64,000 nt of DNA, from positions 14,963 through 78,962 of IMG/VR virus record IMGVR_UViG_3300042878_001341, one strand, 5' to 3'. Both the position numbers and the translations under genes were made by a program. The notes under the pieces were generated by a model. It searched no databases and was not told the DNA's origin. It saw only the letters and a program-made list of their open reading frames with translations. Source of the DNA: a virus. Shown here one piece after another: positions 43,288 to 52,356 of this stretch. Each line of letters begins with the position of its first letter. The stretch's first letter is position 1.

Positions 43288-45801
43288 ATGAGCTATATAT
43301 TAAAAAATACATCAGGGTTAGTTAACACTAGAATAACTGACACAGGAAGATTAAAGTTATCACAAGGTAATTTTAACATTTCATATTTCCAAATTGGGGA
43401 TAGTGAAGTGTCGTATAATGAATTACCAAACACTTACAATCAATTTAATAGTGTAGTTTTAGAACCAAGTTTTAATAGTCAAAATAGTGCCGGATCTCCT
43501 GAATCAAACAAACAAAATATTAAATATCCATATTATGTGGATGATAATAATAGTAATACATATGGAATTCCATTTATGGATTCTGTTATTGAACCTGTTT
43601 ATAATAGAGCTCCATTAAGAGGATTTTTCACAGGTAATACAACCGCAAGTACGGTTAATTATAGTGCGTTTACAGGATCAAAGTATGTTGTAACGTCCAA
43701 TTACATTGTTGATATGTCAACATTAAATGGATCAAATCAAATAACAATAATCCAAGATATATGTGACCCAACAAACACTAATAAACCAAGTGTTGGAGAT
43801 TTCATTACAATTTATTATGATGGTTTAGCGAAATATGATTGTTCTTGTATTAATTTACCTACACCAACACCAACGGCAACAATAGGTACAACTCCTACAT
43901 TAACTAATACTCCCACTGCGTCAAATACTAATTCTGACCCATGTGCGTCTCCAACACCAACACCAACTCCATCGGCAACACCTTGTTTGACACCATCAAA
44001 CAAACCTGTTTGTCCTATACCACCTGATCCGTCATGTGTTAAACCTGTTCATTCATGTTTTCCTATATTGACATATAGGATCGTTGATATTTGTGAGAAT
44101 AATGTGACTTTGGATAGACCAACGCCTAATTATGTTGGATTAAGTTCTAATTGTTTTGGTAGAGTATTGGTATACCCACCAAATATGACTACACTATATG
44201 ATAGTATCACACCTCGTCCACATTGGGCGGATGATGTTATCAATTTTGAATCTATTTGTGATATTGATCAATTTGATGTTAAAGTATGGAATATGAATAT
44301 TCCTTGGACTGAGAGTCCTGCGGGATTAAGATCTACTGAGTATGAAGATTATACTTATTTTGGTTCCATTGATTATATTGGTAGTAAAGAATACTTTGGT
44401 TATAACTCAACCTCAGGTCAGACAGATACAAGTTATACGTATTATTACAATTCATTTGATGAAATTGTTCAAGTTAAACCTGAAGAACAAAAGGCAATTG
44501 CTATAATTCATTATACAAACCAAACTATAGATTTCTTTTATGGTGAGAAATTTGCGTTAGAACCATATAACAATTCAAATCCTGATGATACGACAGGACA
44601 AGCAAGAAACTTTAAATTACATATGCCAACATTAATGTGGCATAAAAATCCTGAGTGTTGTTATGGTCAAACATTTTGGGTTGATCCTCCGGGATTTGAT
44701 GGGAAAGATTTATTCCAAGTTGAATATATTAAGTCAACTAAGAATACTGATATGAATCAACCTGGTATTCGTTATTATCACTTGTGGGACACTAATGCAA
44801 ATGCAGATGGGTTACCAAGTAGAGTGGGTAAAGTATTCCCTGATAGTAAGTTAATTATTATTGATGACGAAGAAATAATCGCAGCATTATCATATAAATC
44901 AAATAGAAACTGGACATTAACGGCACCTCAAGTATCGTTAATTACTCCTAATACTTGTGGTGTAACCACCGCAACAACTGATGGTATTTTAACAGGTAGT
45001 AATGAAACAATGTATGTAACTTATATGTTGGGTAACTCTTATAATTTTACTAATTCATTACATTCTAATTATTATTCTAAAATTACCGGTAATAATAATG
45101 ATTGTAATCCTGACACATCTAAAAATGTGGCGGTTAGATTTGGTGCTGAATTTAAATGTTTAACACAACCTGGTTATAGTCCTTTAACGACAACAACAAC
45201 TACACATCCATTATTAACAACAACAACTACTTATTTACCGTTAACAACAACAACAACACTTTGCCCTACATTTTGTGATACACCTAATGGTTTCTTCGCA
45301 ACTAAATTCCAAGTGATTGCACAAAAAGTAGTGACAGGACAAAGACCTGATCCATCTAAATGGAGAGTTATTGATTATACTAGTTCATTAACCGCAACTA
45401 CTATAAATGGGTATATTACTGAAGAAGGTTTAACAGGAACTACATTTGTTATTACCCCTGATCTTTATAATAACGCACCGTATTACAATTTAAATAATTA
45501 TATTCCATTAACACCACTTGGTACCACAACACCAAATCTTAATTTTGGTGACGAGTACTTTTTCTACGGAGCGTTTGAAAGTGATATTCAAGCGACAATA
45601 TATGAGATGAGGTATAAAGTAAATTTAAGTTTTGCTGAATTCCAAACCACAACAAATCCTACGTGGAAAAAAGGTGGTAATTCTTACATTACTGAAATTG
45701 CGTTACTTGATAGTAATAAAGATGTTATGGTAATTTCTAAGATGCAATCACCTGTATTAAGACAAGGTATCCAACAGTTCGTTGTTAAGTTAGATCTATA
45801 A
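43288..45801 (+). CDS. Tail-collar/baseplate protein (P2 gpH N-terminal/DUF3751-like) with Thr-Pro-rich inserts
   Basis: N-terminal ITDTGRLKLSQG..YFQIGD and C-terminal ITEIALLD..VISK motifs; PTPTPT and poly-Thr tracts between. Confidence 0.6.
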   Translation: MSYILKNTSGLVNTRITDTGRLKLSQGNFNISYFQIGDSEVSYNELPNTYNQFNSVVLEPSFNSQNSAGSPESNKQNIKYPYYVDDNNSNTYGIPFMDSVIEPVYNRAPLRGFFTGNTTASTVNYSAFTGSKYVVTSNYIVDMSTLNGSNQITIIQDICDPTNTNKPSVGDFITIYYDGLAKYDCSCINLPTPTPTATIGTTPTLTNTPTASNTNSDPCASPTPTPTPSATPCLTPSNKPVCPIPPDPSCVKPVHSCFPILTYRIVDICENNVTLDRPTPNYVGLSSNCFGRVLVYPPNMTTLYDSITPRPHWADDVINFESICDIDQFDVKVWNMNIPWTESPAGLRSTEYEDYTYFGSIDYIGSKEYFGYNSTSGQTDTSYTYYYNSFDEIVQVKPEEQKAIAIIHYTNQTIDFFYGEKFALEPYNNSNPDDTTGQARNFKLHMPTLMWHKNPECCYGQTFWVDPPGFDGKDLFQVEYIKSTKNTDMNQPGIRYYHLWDTNANADGLPSRVGKVFPDSKLIIIDDEEIIAALSYKSNRNWTLTAPQVSLITPNTCGVTTATTDGILTGSNETMYVTYMLGNSYNFTNSLHSNYYSKITGNNNDCNPDTSKNVAVRFGAEFKCLTQPGYSPLTTTTTTHPLLTTTTTYLPLTTTTTLCPTFCDTPNGFFATKFQVIAQKVVTGQRPDPSKWRVIDYTSSLTATTINGYITEEGLTGTTFVITPDLYNNAPYYNLNNYIPLTPLGTTTPNLNFGDEYFFYGAFESDIQATIYEMRYKVNLSFAEFQTTTNPTWKKGGNSYITEIALLDSNKDVMVISKMQSPVLRQGIQQFVVKLDL

Positions 45802-45851
45802 AACTTTAGTTTTATCTTCTTGTCATTATATTATAATAAAACAATCTTTGT

Positions 45852-46460
45852 ATGAGAACACCAATTAAAAATTCGCCCAAAGTTTTGGGTTTAGATATAT
45901 CAACCAAGACAATAGGGTGGGCACTTTTTGACATTCAAACTCAAGAACTATTGGAATTAACTCATGTTTCGCCAAGACCTAAAAATAAAGATACTGAGGA
46001 GAATAAAATGTTGGAATTAATCTTAAAATCTGAGGTATTCAAAACAAAATTAGAAGATTATAAGAAATTAGGTATTGTTAGTGTTATTATTGAAGAACCA
46101 TTATTAAATTCTAATAATGTTTATACAATCCAAACATTGTTAAGATTTAATACTTTAATTTGTAAAACAATTTATGATGTTTTAGGTATTGTACCTGAAT
46201 TCATATCTACTTATAACTCAAGAAAATTTGCATTTCCTGAGTTAGTTCAAGAAAACGATAAAAAGAAATACGTTTTATTTGGAGGACTCCCTAAAGACAT
46301 TGATAAGAAAATGATTATATGGGAATTGGTTGCAAAAAAAGAACCTCAGATCCAATGGCAATATACAAGAAATAATACTTTGAAGAAAGAAAACTTTGAC
46401 CAAACAGATGCTTATACTTGTGTTTTAGGTTACATGAGAAGTAAGGAAATTTGGAAATAA
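45852..46460 (+). CDS. RuvC-like Holliday junction resolvase
   Basis: VLGLDISTKTIGWA, IIEEP, DQTDA acidic RNase H-fold motifs. Confidence 0.75.
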   Translation: MRTPIKNSPKVLGLDISTKTIGWALFDIQTQELLELTHVSPRPKNKDTEENKMLELILKSEVFKTKLEDYKKLGIVSVIIEEPLLNSNNVYTIQTLLRFNTLICKTIYDVLGIVPEFISTYNSRKFAFPELVQENDKKKYVLFGGLPKDIDKKMIIWELVAKKEPQIQWQYTRNNTLKKENFDQTDAYTCVLGYMRSKEIWK

Positions 46461-46486
46461 CCTACTTAAAAATACTGTTAATATAG

Positions 46487-46515
46487 ATATCGTCTAAAAA
46501 GACGATATTTTTTTT
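46487..46515 (+). terminator. Terminator between convergent genes
   Basis: ATATCGTC-taaaaa-GACGATAT plus T8. Confidence 0.75.
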
Positions 46516-46526
46516 ACCTAATAATT

Positions 46527-48692
46527 TTAAAGACAAAGACCAATATTGGTGATCACAACAAATTTTGATGTGGATGTTGGTAATATTGATGAACATATTT
46601 TTAATGATGAATAACCATTAATATTTACTTCCGTTAGAGTACCGGTACTACATGGACTATATGTAAATGGTTGAGGACTAATATATGAGTTCTCAATTAA
46701 ATAGGTGTAACAAGTTGGTGTGGGTTTTGTTGGGGTAGGTGTTGGAGTACTTGTCATTGTTGGTGTGGGAGTCGGAGTATTTACAAAAACACATTGTGAA
46801 CACACACCTTCTGATTCAGGTCCTAATATATCTGTTAAAATTATAGTACTAACACCGGCAACATCACTAACAAACCCATCATAGGTTATACAAGTTGAAA
46901 TTCCATTAACAAATGATTGATACACATAACCTTCAGATGGAGTTTCACCAAAAGGATCTAAAACAACGTCTGTTGTATAATAAAAGAATCCTGTATTACA
47001 TTCCTTAAAACGTTTACTACCATTACATCTAATATAATCATCAAATGTGTTGAATACCACCGATCCGTCAAAATTACAATTATATTGTGGTGATGCGGTT
47101 GGCGTTGCAATCATTTTAGCATTTGTTGCGGTAGGTGTTGGTGTTAAAACATTTGCGGTAACGGATATTCCTTTACCACCACAAATTTCGGTTGACGTTG
47201 GTGTTGGTGTGGGGGTTGGTGTTGGAGTTCCTGTAACGGTTGCCGTTGGGGTTATAGGTAACTCACAATCAAACACCACATCAAAAGATATTGGTTGACA
47301 ATAATCAGTTGGTGTAGGAGTTGGTGTTGGACAAGGACCTCCATTAAAGAAATCTTCACATAAATCAGGGCACTCAGTATAACAAGGAGATGGCCCAAAT
47401 AAAAGACATTCACCATCTAATGCGTCTGACAAACACCAACGATTATCAGTTGATGAAAAATAAATAAATAATCCACTTGTTGAACCGTACCAAAATAATT
47501 GACTATTCCATGTTCCACCACTTAGATATGTATCATCATAAGTAACATCACCTGTGTTAATACAATAGTATTCAAACGGACATGGGATTGGGGGTGGAGT
47601 TGGTGTCTGTGTTAGTGTTGGTGTTGGTGTTGGTGTATTTGGTACTATTACAATATCTGCACATTCTGGAGCTTGTGACGCTCCAAATATTGTATTTGGT
47701 GCGTTTTGTGTAAATGTTAGGGTGTATGGTGATGATAATGAAAAATTATATATGGCCCCATTACTATTACAAACATATAAATCACCTGATGTCATAAACA
47801 TCCCCCAAGGGTTTGCTATTGTGGGACTAACTAATACATCCACCTCAATATTTCCTGTTGTGTAGTCATGTTGGGTTATATATCTATTTGCGCCTGATCC
47901 ATTATATGAACAAATTAATTTATTAGGTGGTGAATAAGTGTAAACCATATCGCCAGCAATAACTCTTCCTGATGGCATTGGAAATTTGGTGGTAAATACT
48001 GCGGTTGAAGTTGTTATATCTATTTCAATTATATTACCACCAAGACTACTACTTACTAATGTTGTATTATCAATTACGCCTAAACCATCACCAATCGGAG
48101 ACGGTAGAGTTATATTTCTACTAAACGATGCGGAAAACGGACATAACGTTATGTCGTACTCCTTAAGTATAGTTCCACTATACATCCATAATTTTGTGGT
48201 TGTATGGGCAATATCACTAGAATTTAGAGTTGGTGTAAAATAAGATGTGATATTTCTAGTTGTATTTGTTGAAAATACATATCCATATATTAAGGTACCG
48301 GCATTAAAAATAATATCACAAGTGTCCAAACAATATGGTGATGTAGGTGTTGGTGTACTTGTTAACGTTTGTGTAGGTGTAGGTGTACTTGTTAGAGTTT
48401 GTGTAGGTGTTAAAGTTGGTGTTGGAGTTAACGTTTGTGTGAGTGTCGGTGTCGGTGTCGGTGTTGTACAAGGTGTAATAGTTAGTATTTTGTTGTTAAT
48501 AAGATAAGTGTTAATACCATTAGAAAAATATAAATTACTTACCGACAGTAGAGTTGTGCAAGATGGGTCCGTAAATATTCCTTGACCAAGATTTAAACTA
48601 TCACCATATACATTAATTGTGAATGGTCCCGAACATAACCCTGCCGGACTTGCATTCCCAGCTGTAAAAACTCCTAAAAAATTACACGCCAT
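46527..48692 (-). CDS. Cys-rich multidomain protein with multiple Thr-Pro linkers (putative fibre/decoration protein)
   Basis: 721 aa, at least 5 PTPTPT tracts separating Cys-rich beta domains. Confidence 0.75.
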   Translation of the reverse strand: MACNFLGVFTAGNASPAGLCSGPFTINVYGDSLNLGQGIFTDPSCTTLLSVSNLYFSNGINTYLINNKILTITPCTTPTPTPTLTQTLTPTPTLTPTQTLTSTPTPTQTLTSTPTPTSPYCLDTCDIIFNAGTLIYGYVFSTNTTRNITSYFTPTLNSSDIAHTTTKLWMYSGTILKEYDITLCPFSASFSRNITLPSPIGDGLGVIDNTTLVSSSLGGNIIEIDITTSTAVFTTKFPMPSGRVIAGDMVYTYSPPNKLICSYNGSGANRYITQHDYTTGNIEVDVLVSPTIANPWGMFMTSGDLYVCNSNGAIYNFSLSSPYTLTFTQNAPNTIFGASQAPECADIVIVPNTPTPTPTLTQTPTPPPIPCPFEYYCINTGDVTYDDTYLSGGTWNSQLFWYGSTSGLFIYFSSTDNRWCLSDALDGECLLFGPSPCYTECPDLCEDFFNGGPCPTPTPTPTDYCQPISFDVVFDCELPITPTATVTGTPTPTPTPTPTSTEICGGKGISVTANVLTPTPTATNAKMIATPTASPQYNCNFDGSVVFNTFDDYIRCNGSKRFKECNTGFFYYTTDVVLDPFGETPSEGYVYQSFVNGISTCITYDGFVSDVAGVSTIILTDILGPESEGVCSQCVFVNTPTPTPTMTSTPTPTPTKPTPTCYTYLIENSYISPQPFTYSPCSTGTLTEVNINGYSSLKICSSILPTSTSKFVVITNIGLCL

Positions 48693-48913
48693 TATATATT
48701 AATATTTTCTGTTATCACACAATCATTATCATCAATCACTTTAACCACAAAATCTGTAAATGAGGAAAAAATTGATGGAATCATAAAAGAATATGGTAAA
48801 TCACCACTATTAATAGTTGACACATAAACACAAGTTGTGTATCCTGTGTCACACACGTAAACATCATAAGGTGATATTCCGGTAATAGAAGTGATTGTAA
48901 TGTTTGTATCCAT
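48692..48913 (-). CDS. Small beta-rich protein, coupled to the 721-aa gene
   Basis: 73 aa, 1-nt stop/start overlap; TATTTAT on the minus strand at 48932-48938. Confidence 0.7.
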   Translation of the reverse strand: MDTNITITSITGISPYDVYVCDTGYTTCVYVSTINSGDLPYSFMIPSIFSSFTDFVVKVIDDNDCVITENINI

Positions 48914-48963
48914 ATATTTTTATTCTATTGTATAAATATAGTAGGAATGAAAAACTTGTGTAG

Positions 48964-48992
48964 TTGATTAAACGAAATAATTTATCTATACT
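48964..48992 (+). promoter_or_regulatory. sigma70-like promoter TTGATT-N17-TATACT
   Basis: Exact spacing; -10 element ends 7 nt before primase ATG. Confidence 0.6.
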
Positions 48993-48999
48993 TTAAAGG

Positions 49000-49899
49000 A
49001 TGGAAGAAAATGACGCGATTGTAGAATTATTAGAGGATCTTTTGGGTGACCACGGACTCCACTACCCCAATAAGGGTCAGATATCCTTCAATTGTCCCGT
49101 CTGTGATGAGGATAGAAATAAACATAATTTAGAAATAAATTACGTTAACAATGTTTATAAATGTTGGAGTTGTGGTGATATAGATGGTACCCATGGGTCT
49201 TTGGGTAAACTTTTTGATAAGTACGGAAACAAGAAATTAAAGAAACTATATAACGTCTTAAAACCTGAGACGGTACAACCAAGACAAAAAAGAACAAAAA
49301 AATTGACACTCCCTGAGGGGTTCACTTTATTCACTGAGTCAAGTCCGGTGTATCCAGTGAGAAGACAGGCGTATAATTACTTAAAAAGTAGGGGAATAAC
49401 GGATGAAATCATTAAAAAATATAATATTGGTTTTTGCGATCGTGGTAGTCATACAGGTCGCATTGTTGTACCATCATATGATGGTAAAGGAGAACTAAAC
49501 TATTATGTTGCTCGTAGTTGGGACACAAAAAGTAAGTTTAAATATAAAAATCCTGAAGCCGAGAAAGACAAAATTATTTTCAATGAAAGATTGATAGATT
49601 GGGATAAAGACATCTATTTGGTTGAGGGTGTATTTGATGGATTTTTCTTAGACAACTCAATCCCAATGTTGGGTAAACATATGTCAGAAATCCTATTTGA
49701 AAAAATATATACCAAGGCAAAGGGGGATGTTATTATTGCTCTTGATGGTGATGCTTGGAGTAATGCAATTAAATTATATCGTGAACTAAATGGTGGTGAG
49801 TTATATGAACGTATTAAGATTGTTCATTTACCTATGGACCAAGATGTTTGTGATTTAAGAGGAAATATAAACGAATACTTCGTAAAATTAAAAGATTAA
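49000..49899 (+). CDS. dnaG: DNA primase (DnaG/gp61-like)
   Basis: Zn finger CPVC..CWSC, YLKSRGI, KYKNP, TOPRIM LVEGVFD..LDGDA. Confidence 0.9.
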   Translation: MEENDAIVELLEDLLGDHGLHYPNKGQISFNCPVCDEDRNKHNLEINYVNNVYKCWSCGDIDGTHGSLGKLFDKYGNKKLKKLYNVLKPETVQPRQKRTKKLTLPEGFTLFTESSPVYPVRRQAYNYLKSRGITDEIIKKYNIGFCDRGSHTGRIVVPSYDGKGELNYYVARSWDTKSKFKYKNPEAEKDKIIFNERLIDWDKDIYLVEGVFDGFFLDNSIPMLGKHMSEILFEKIYTKAKGDVIIALDGDAWSNAIKLYRELNGGELYERIKIVHLPMDQDVCDLRGNINEYFVKLKD

Positions 49900-50753
49900 T
49901 GGATTTAAAGAAAATATCGGAAGAGATTAGGGAAATCATCTCAGAAAAACAAAAAGAGTTCCAACTAACGTTTGAGGAAGATTCTCATAAATATACAATG
50001 TTAGATGCTAACGGTAATTTAAGAATTGACTTACCTTCAGTATCAAAAGTTATGAAATTATTCTATGAGGAATTTGATTCTGAGGGGATATCGTATAGAA
50101 AGGCAAACGGAGATCCATATGAACAACAACGATTGTTGGAGGAGTGGGCAAATGCCGGAACTTACTCAACAAATATGGGTTCTCGTGTTCACTTCATATT
50201 GGAAAATCACACATTAGAGGAATTTGGTATTCATAAAGAAGTAAGACAACCAATTTATGAATGTGATGCCGAACAGGTTGTTAAAGGAGATACAATGGTT
50301 ATCGCAGGTAAACGATACATTGACTTACTTAAAGAACGTAATTGTTTTTTACTTGATACGGAGATGGTTTTAGGTCATCCTGAATTGGGTTATACTGGAC
50401 AACCTGATAAAGTATGGTTAATTGTTGGTACCAATGGTGATCTTGGTATTTTGATTACGGATTGGAAGACAAACAAACCTAAAAACTTTGAGAAGAATAA
50501 GTTTACAAAACAAATGAAAAAACCATTTGAAGATTTGCCCGATAATGCTCTTGGACACTATAATACTCAGTTACCATTTTATGGTAAATTATTATTAAAG
50601 ATGTTAGAGGGTACCAAATATGAGAACATTAAATTGATGGGTTGTATTGTTGTTTTATTAACAGAAGAACGAGAGTTTGTTGAACATAGAGTTTCAAAGA
50701 AAACTATTAATACGGTACTTGAAATGGATATGAAAAAGTATTTGACAAAATAA
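49899..50753 (+). CDS. PD-(D/E)xK exonuclease (RecB/lambda-exo-like)
   Basis: PSVS, GSRVH, GQPDK..ITDWKT, YNTQL..Y motifs. Confidence 0.8.
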   Translation: MDLKKISEEIREIISEKQKEFQLTFEEDSHKYTMLDANGNLRIDLPSVSKVMKLFYEEFDSEGISYRKANGDPYEQQRLLEEWANAGTYSTNMGSRVHFILENHTLEEFGIHKEVRQPIYECDAEQVVKGDTMVIAGKRYIDLLKERNCFLLDTEMVLGHPELGYTGQPDKVWLIVGTNGDLGILITDWKTNKPKNFEKNKFTKQMKKPFEDLPDNALGHYNTQLPFYGKLLLKMLEGTKYENIKLMGCIVVLLTEEREFVEHRVSKKTINTVLEMDMKKYLTK

Positions 50754-50770
50754 ATAAAATAAACTATATT
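50742..50770 (+). promoter_or_regulatory. sigma70-like promoter TTGACA-N17-TATATT
   Basis: Consensus -35 with 17-nt spacer. Confidence 0.65.
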
Positions 50771-50775
50771 ATATT

Positions 50776-50865
50776 ATGGAAATGACAATTACATCAGTTT
50801 GGTATACAAATACTAGTTGGGACACTGAAACAATAAAAATAAACGTAAATTATATTATAAAATGA
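50776..50865 (+). CDS. 29-aa small ORF MEMTITSVWYTNTSWDTETIKINVNYIIK
   Basis: Fills the intergenic gap, starts 5 nt after a -10 element, ATGA overlap with next gene; not in the ORF track. Confidence 0.5.
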   Translation: MEMTITSVWYTNTSWDTETIKINVNYIIK

Positions 50866-51080
50866 ATGATGATAATATCATAAGACCTAAGATTGATCTT
50901 AGGCAACAACCAACTATCGTTTGTGAGGAGTGTGGTTCAAAATTCTTCAAAGAAGTAACTATGTTGAAGAAAGTTCCTAAATTATTAACAGGAAGTCCGG
51001 ATGATACAATCGTACCATTCCCAACGTATATGTGTAATAATTGTGGGTTTGTAAATGAAGAATTTTTAATATTTGAATAA
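50862..51080 (+). CDS. Small zinc-ribbon protein
   Basis: CEECG..CNNCG. Confidence 0.75.
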   Translation: MNDDNIIRPKIDLRQQPTIVCEECGSKFFKEVTMLKKVPKLLTGSPDDTIVPFPTYMCNNCGFVNEEFLIFE

Positions 51081-51081
51081 C

Positions 51082-51339
51082 ATGACATATAAAGAATTTT
51101 ACTTTTGGTTAGAAGGATTTATGACCAATAGAGATTGGACACTGATTAAACAAACTGATATTGAAAGTATCCAAGACAAAATGAAAGAGGTGAAGGATGA
51201 AATTCCTTCATTAGGTGGAAAACAACGACCTGATTGGATGGTACCAATACCTGTTAACCCATTTACACCAAATGGTACTGGAAACCCTACTCCGCCTTGG
51301 ACAATAACTTGTAATACAAAAACACAATTAAATGACTAA
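51082..51339 (+). CDS. Hypothetical phage protein (FYFWLEGF motif)
   Basis: ATG 51082 preferred over TTG 51073. Confidence 0.65.
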   Translation: MTYKEFYFWLEGFMTNRDWTLIKQTDIESIQDKMKEVKDEIPSLGGKQRPDWMVPIPVNPFTPNGTGNPTPPWTITCNTKTQLND

Positions 51340-51577
51340 TAACAATAAAATATTAATAATGATTGGGACATTTCTTTTAGGACTTGCCTTAGGTAGTCTA
51401 ATTGAAGATTCTAGACCTACTAAAGTAATAACGGTAACTGAAACCGATACCACTTTAGTTAATAAAATTGAAGATCTTGAAGAACAAAACGAATTACTTT
51501 TAGATGAGCTACAAATGAAAGAAGGTGAAATCAGTTATTGGGGTAGAAAGTATGACGAAGAAAAAAACAAAAAGTAA
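51332..51577 (+). CDS. Small membrane-anchored coiled-coil protein
   Basis: N-terminal hydrophobic helix then acidic coiled coil. Confidence 0.65.
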   Translation: MTNNNKILIMIGTFLLGLALGSLIEDSRPTKVITVTETDTTLVNKIEDLEEQNELLLDELQMKEGEISYWGRKYDEEKNKK

Positions 51578-52356
51578 TGATAAATAAATTAGTACATTTC
51601 TCCGATTTACATATCAGATTATATAAAGATCACGATTTATACCGTTCAATTTTAGAAACTGCAATTGAACAATGGAAAGAATTGAAACCTGATCGTATTG
51701 TTTTTACTGGTGATTTAGTTCATTCTAAAAACCAAATGACACCTGAACTTATTGAGTTTGTTGCTTGGATTTTAAAGGAATGTTCTTATATAAGTAAAAC
51801 AATTATTATACCGGGTAATCACGATTTCTTGGTAAACAATACCGAAAGATTGGATGCGCTTACACCTATCATTGACTCTTTGAATAATGACAATATTGTA
51901 TATTACCGAGATAGAGGTGTGTATGAGGATGATAACATCAGTTGGTGTGTTTATTCGCAATACCAAGGAAATATTCCACCTGACATTATTGAAGGTAAGG
52001 GAAGAAAGATTGGGTTATTTCACGGACCTATTTCAGGTTTAAAAACAGATCTTGGATTTGAGTTTGGTGAGGAAGCGTATGAAATTGAAAAGTTTGATGG
52101 GTTGGAAACCGTATTATGTGGTGACATTCACAAACGAGCTGAGTTCCAAATTAAAGGTGGTAAAGGTTATATGATTGGATCAACTATTCAAAACAACATT
52201 GGTGAAAGTATTGGTAAACATGGATATGGTATATATGATGTTGAAACAAAAGAATATAACTATGTTGACTTACCAAACCCAAAACCATTTTTAAAGTTCT
52301 CCATTAAATCATTTGAAGATATTGAGAATGGAACAGAAAGACTCCAAAATATTTAA
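51577..52356 (+). CDS. sbcD: SbcD/Mre11/gp47-like metallophosphoesterase nuclease (short form)
   Basis: SDLH, TGDLVH, PGNHD, FHG, GDIH motifs; GS..Q..GE. Confidence 0.85.
   Translation: MINKLVHFSDLHIRLYKDHDLYRSILETAIEQWKELKPDRIVFTGDLVHSKNQMTPELIEFVAWILKECSYISKTIIIPGNHDFLVNNTERLDALTPIIDSLNNDNIVYYRDRGVYEDDNISWCVYSQYQGNIPPDIIEGKGRKIGLFHGPISGLKTDLGFEFGEEAYEIEKFDGLETVLCGDIHKRAEFQIKGGKGYMIGSTIQNNIGESIGKHGYGIYDVETKEYNYVDLPNPKPFLKFSIKSFEDIENGTERLQNI

Noticed and set aside
36634-48692. Diversity-generating retroelement acting on fibre genes
   Set aside because: No reverse transcriptase in the window, and the only repeat pair found is identical rather than differing at adenines.
49899-50753. Cas4 assignment
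   Set aside because: Lacks the four-Cys Fe-S cluster pattern; treated as a generic PD-(D/E)xK exonuclease.
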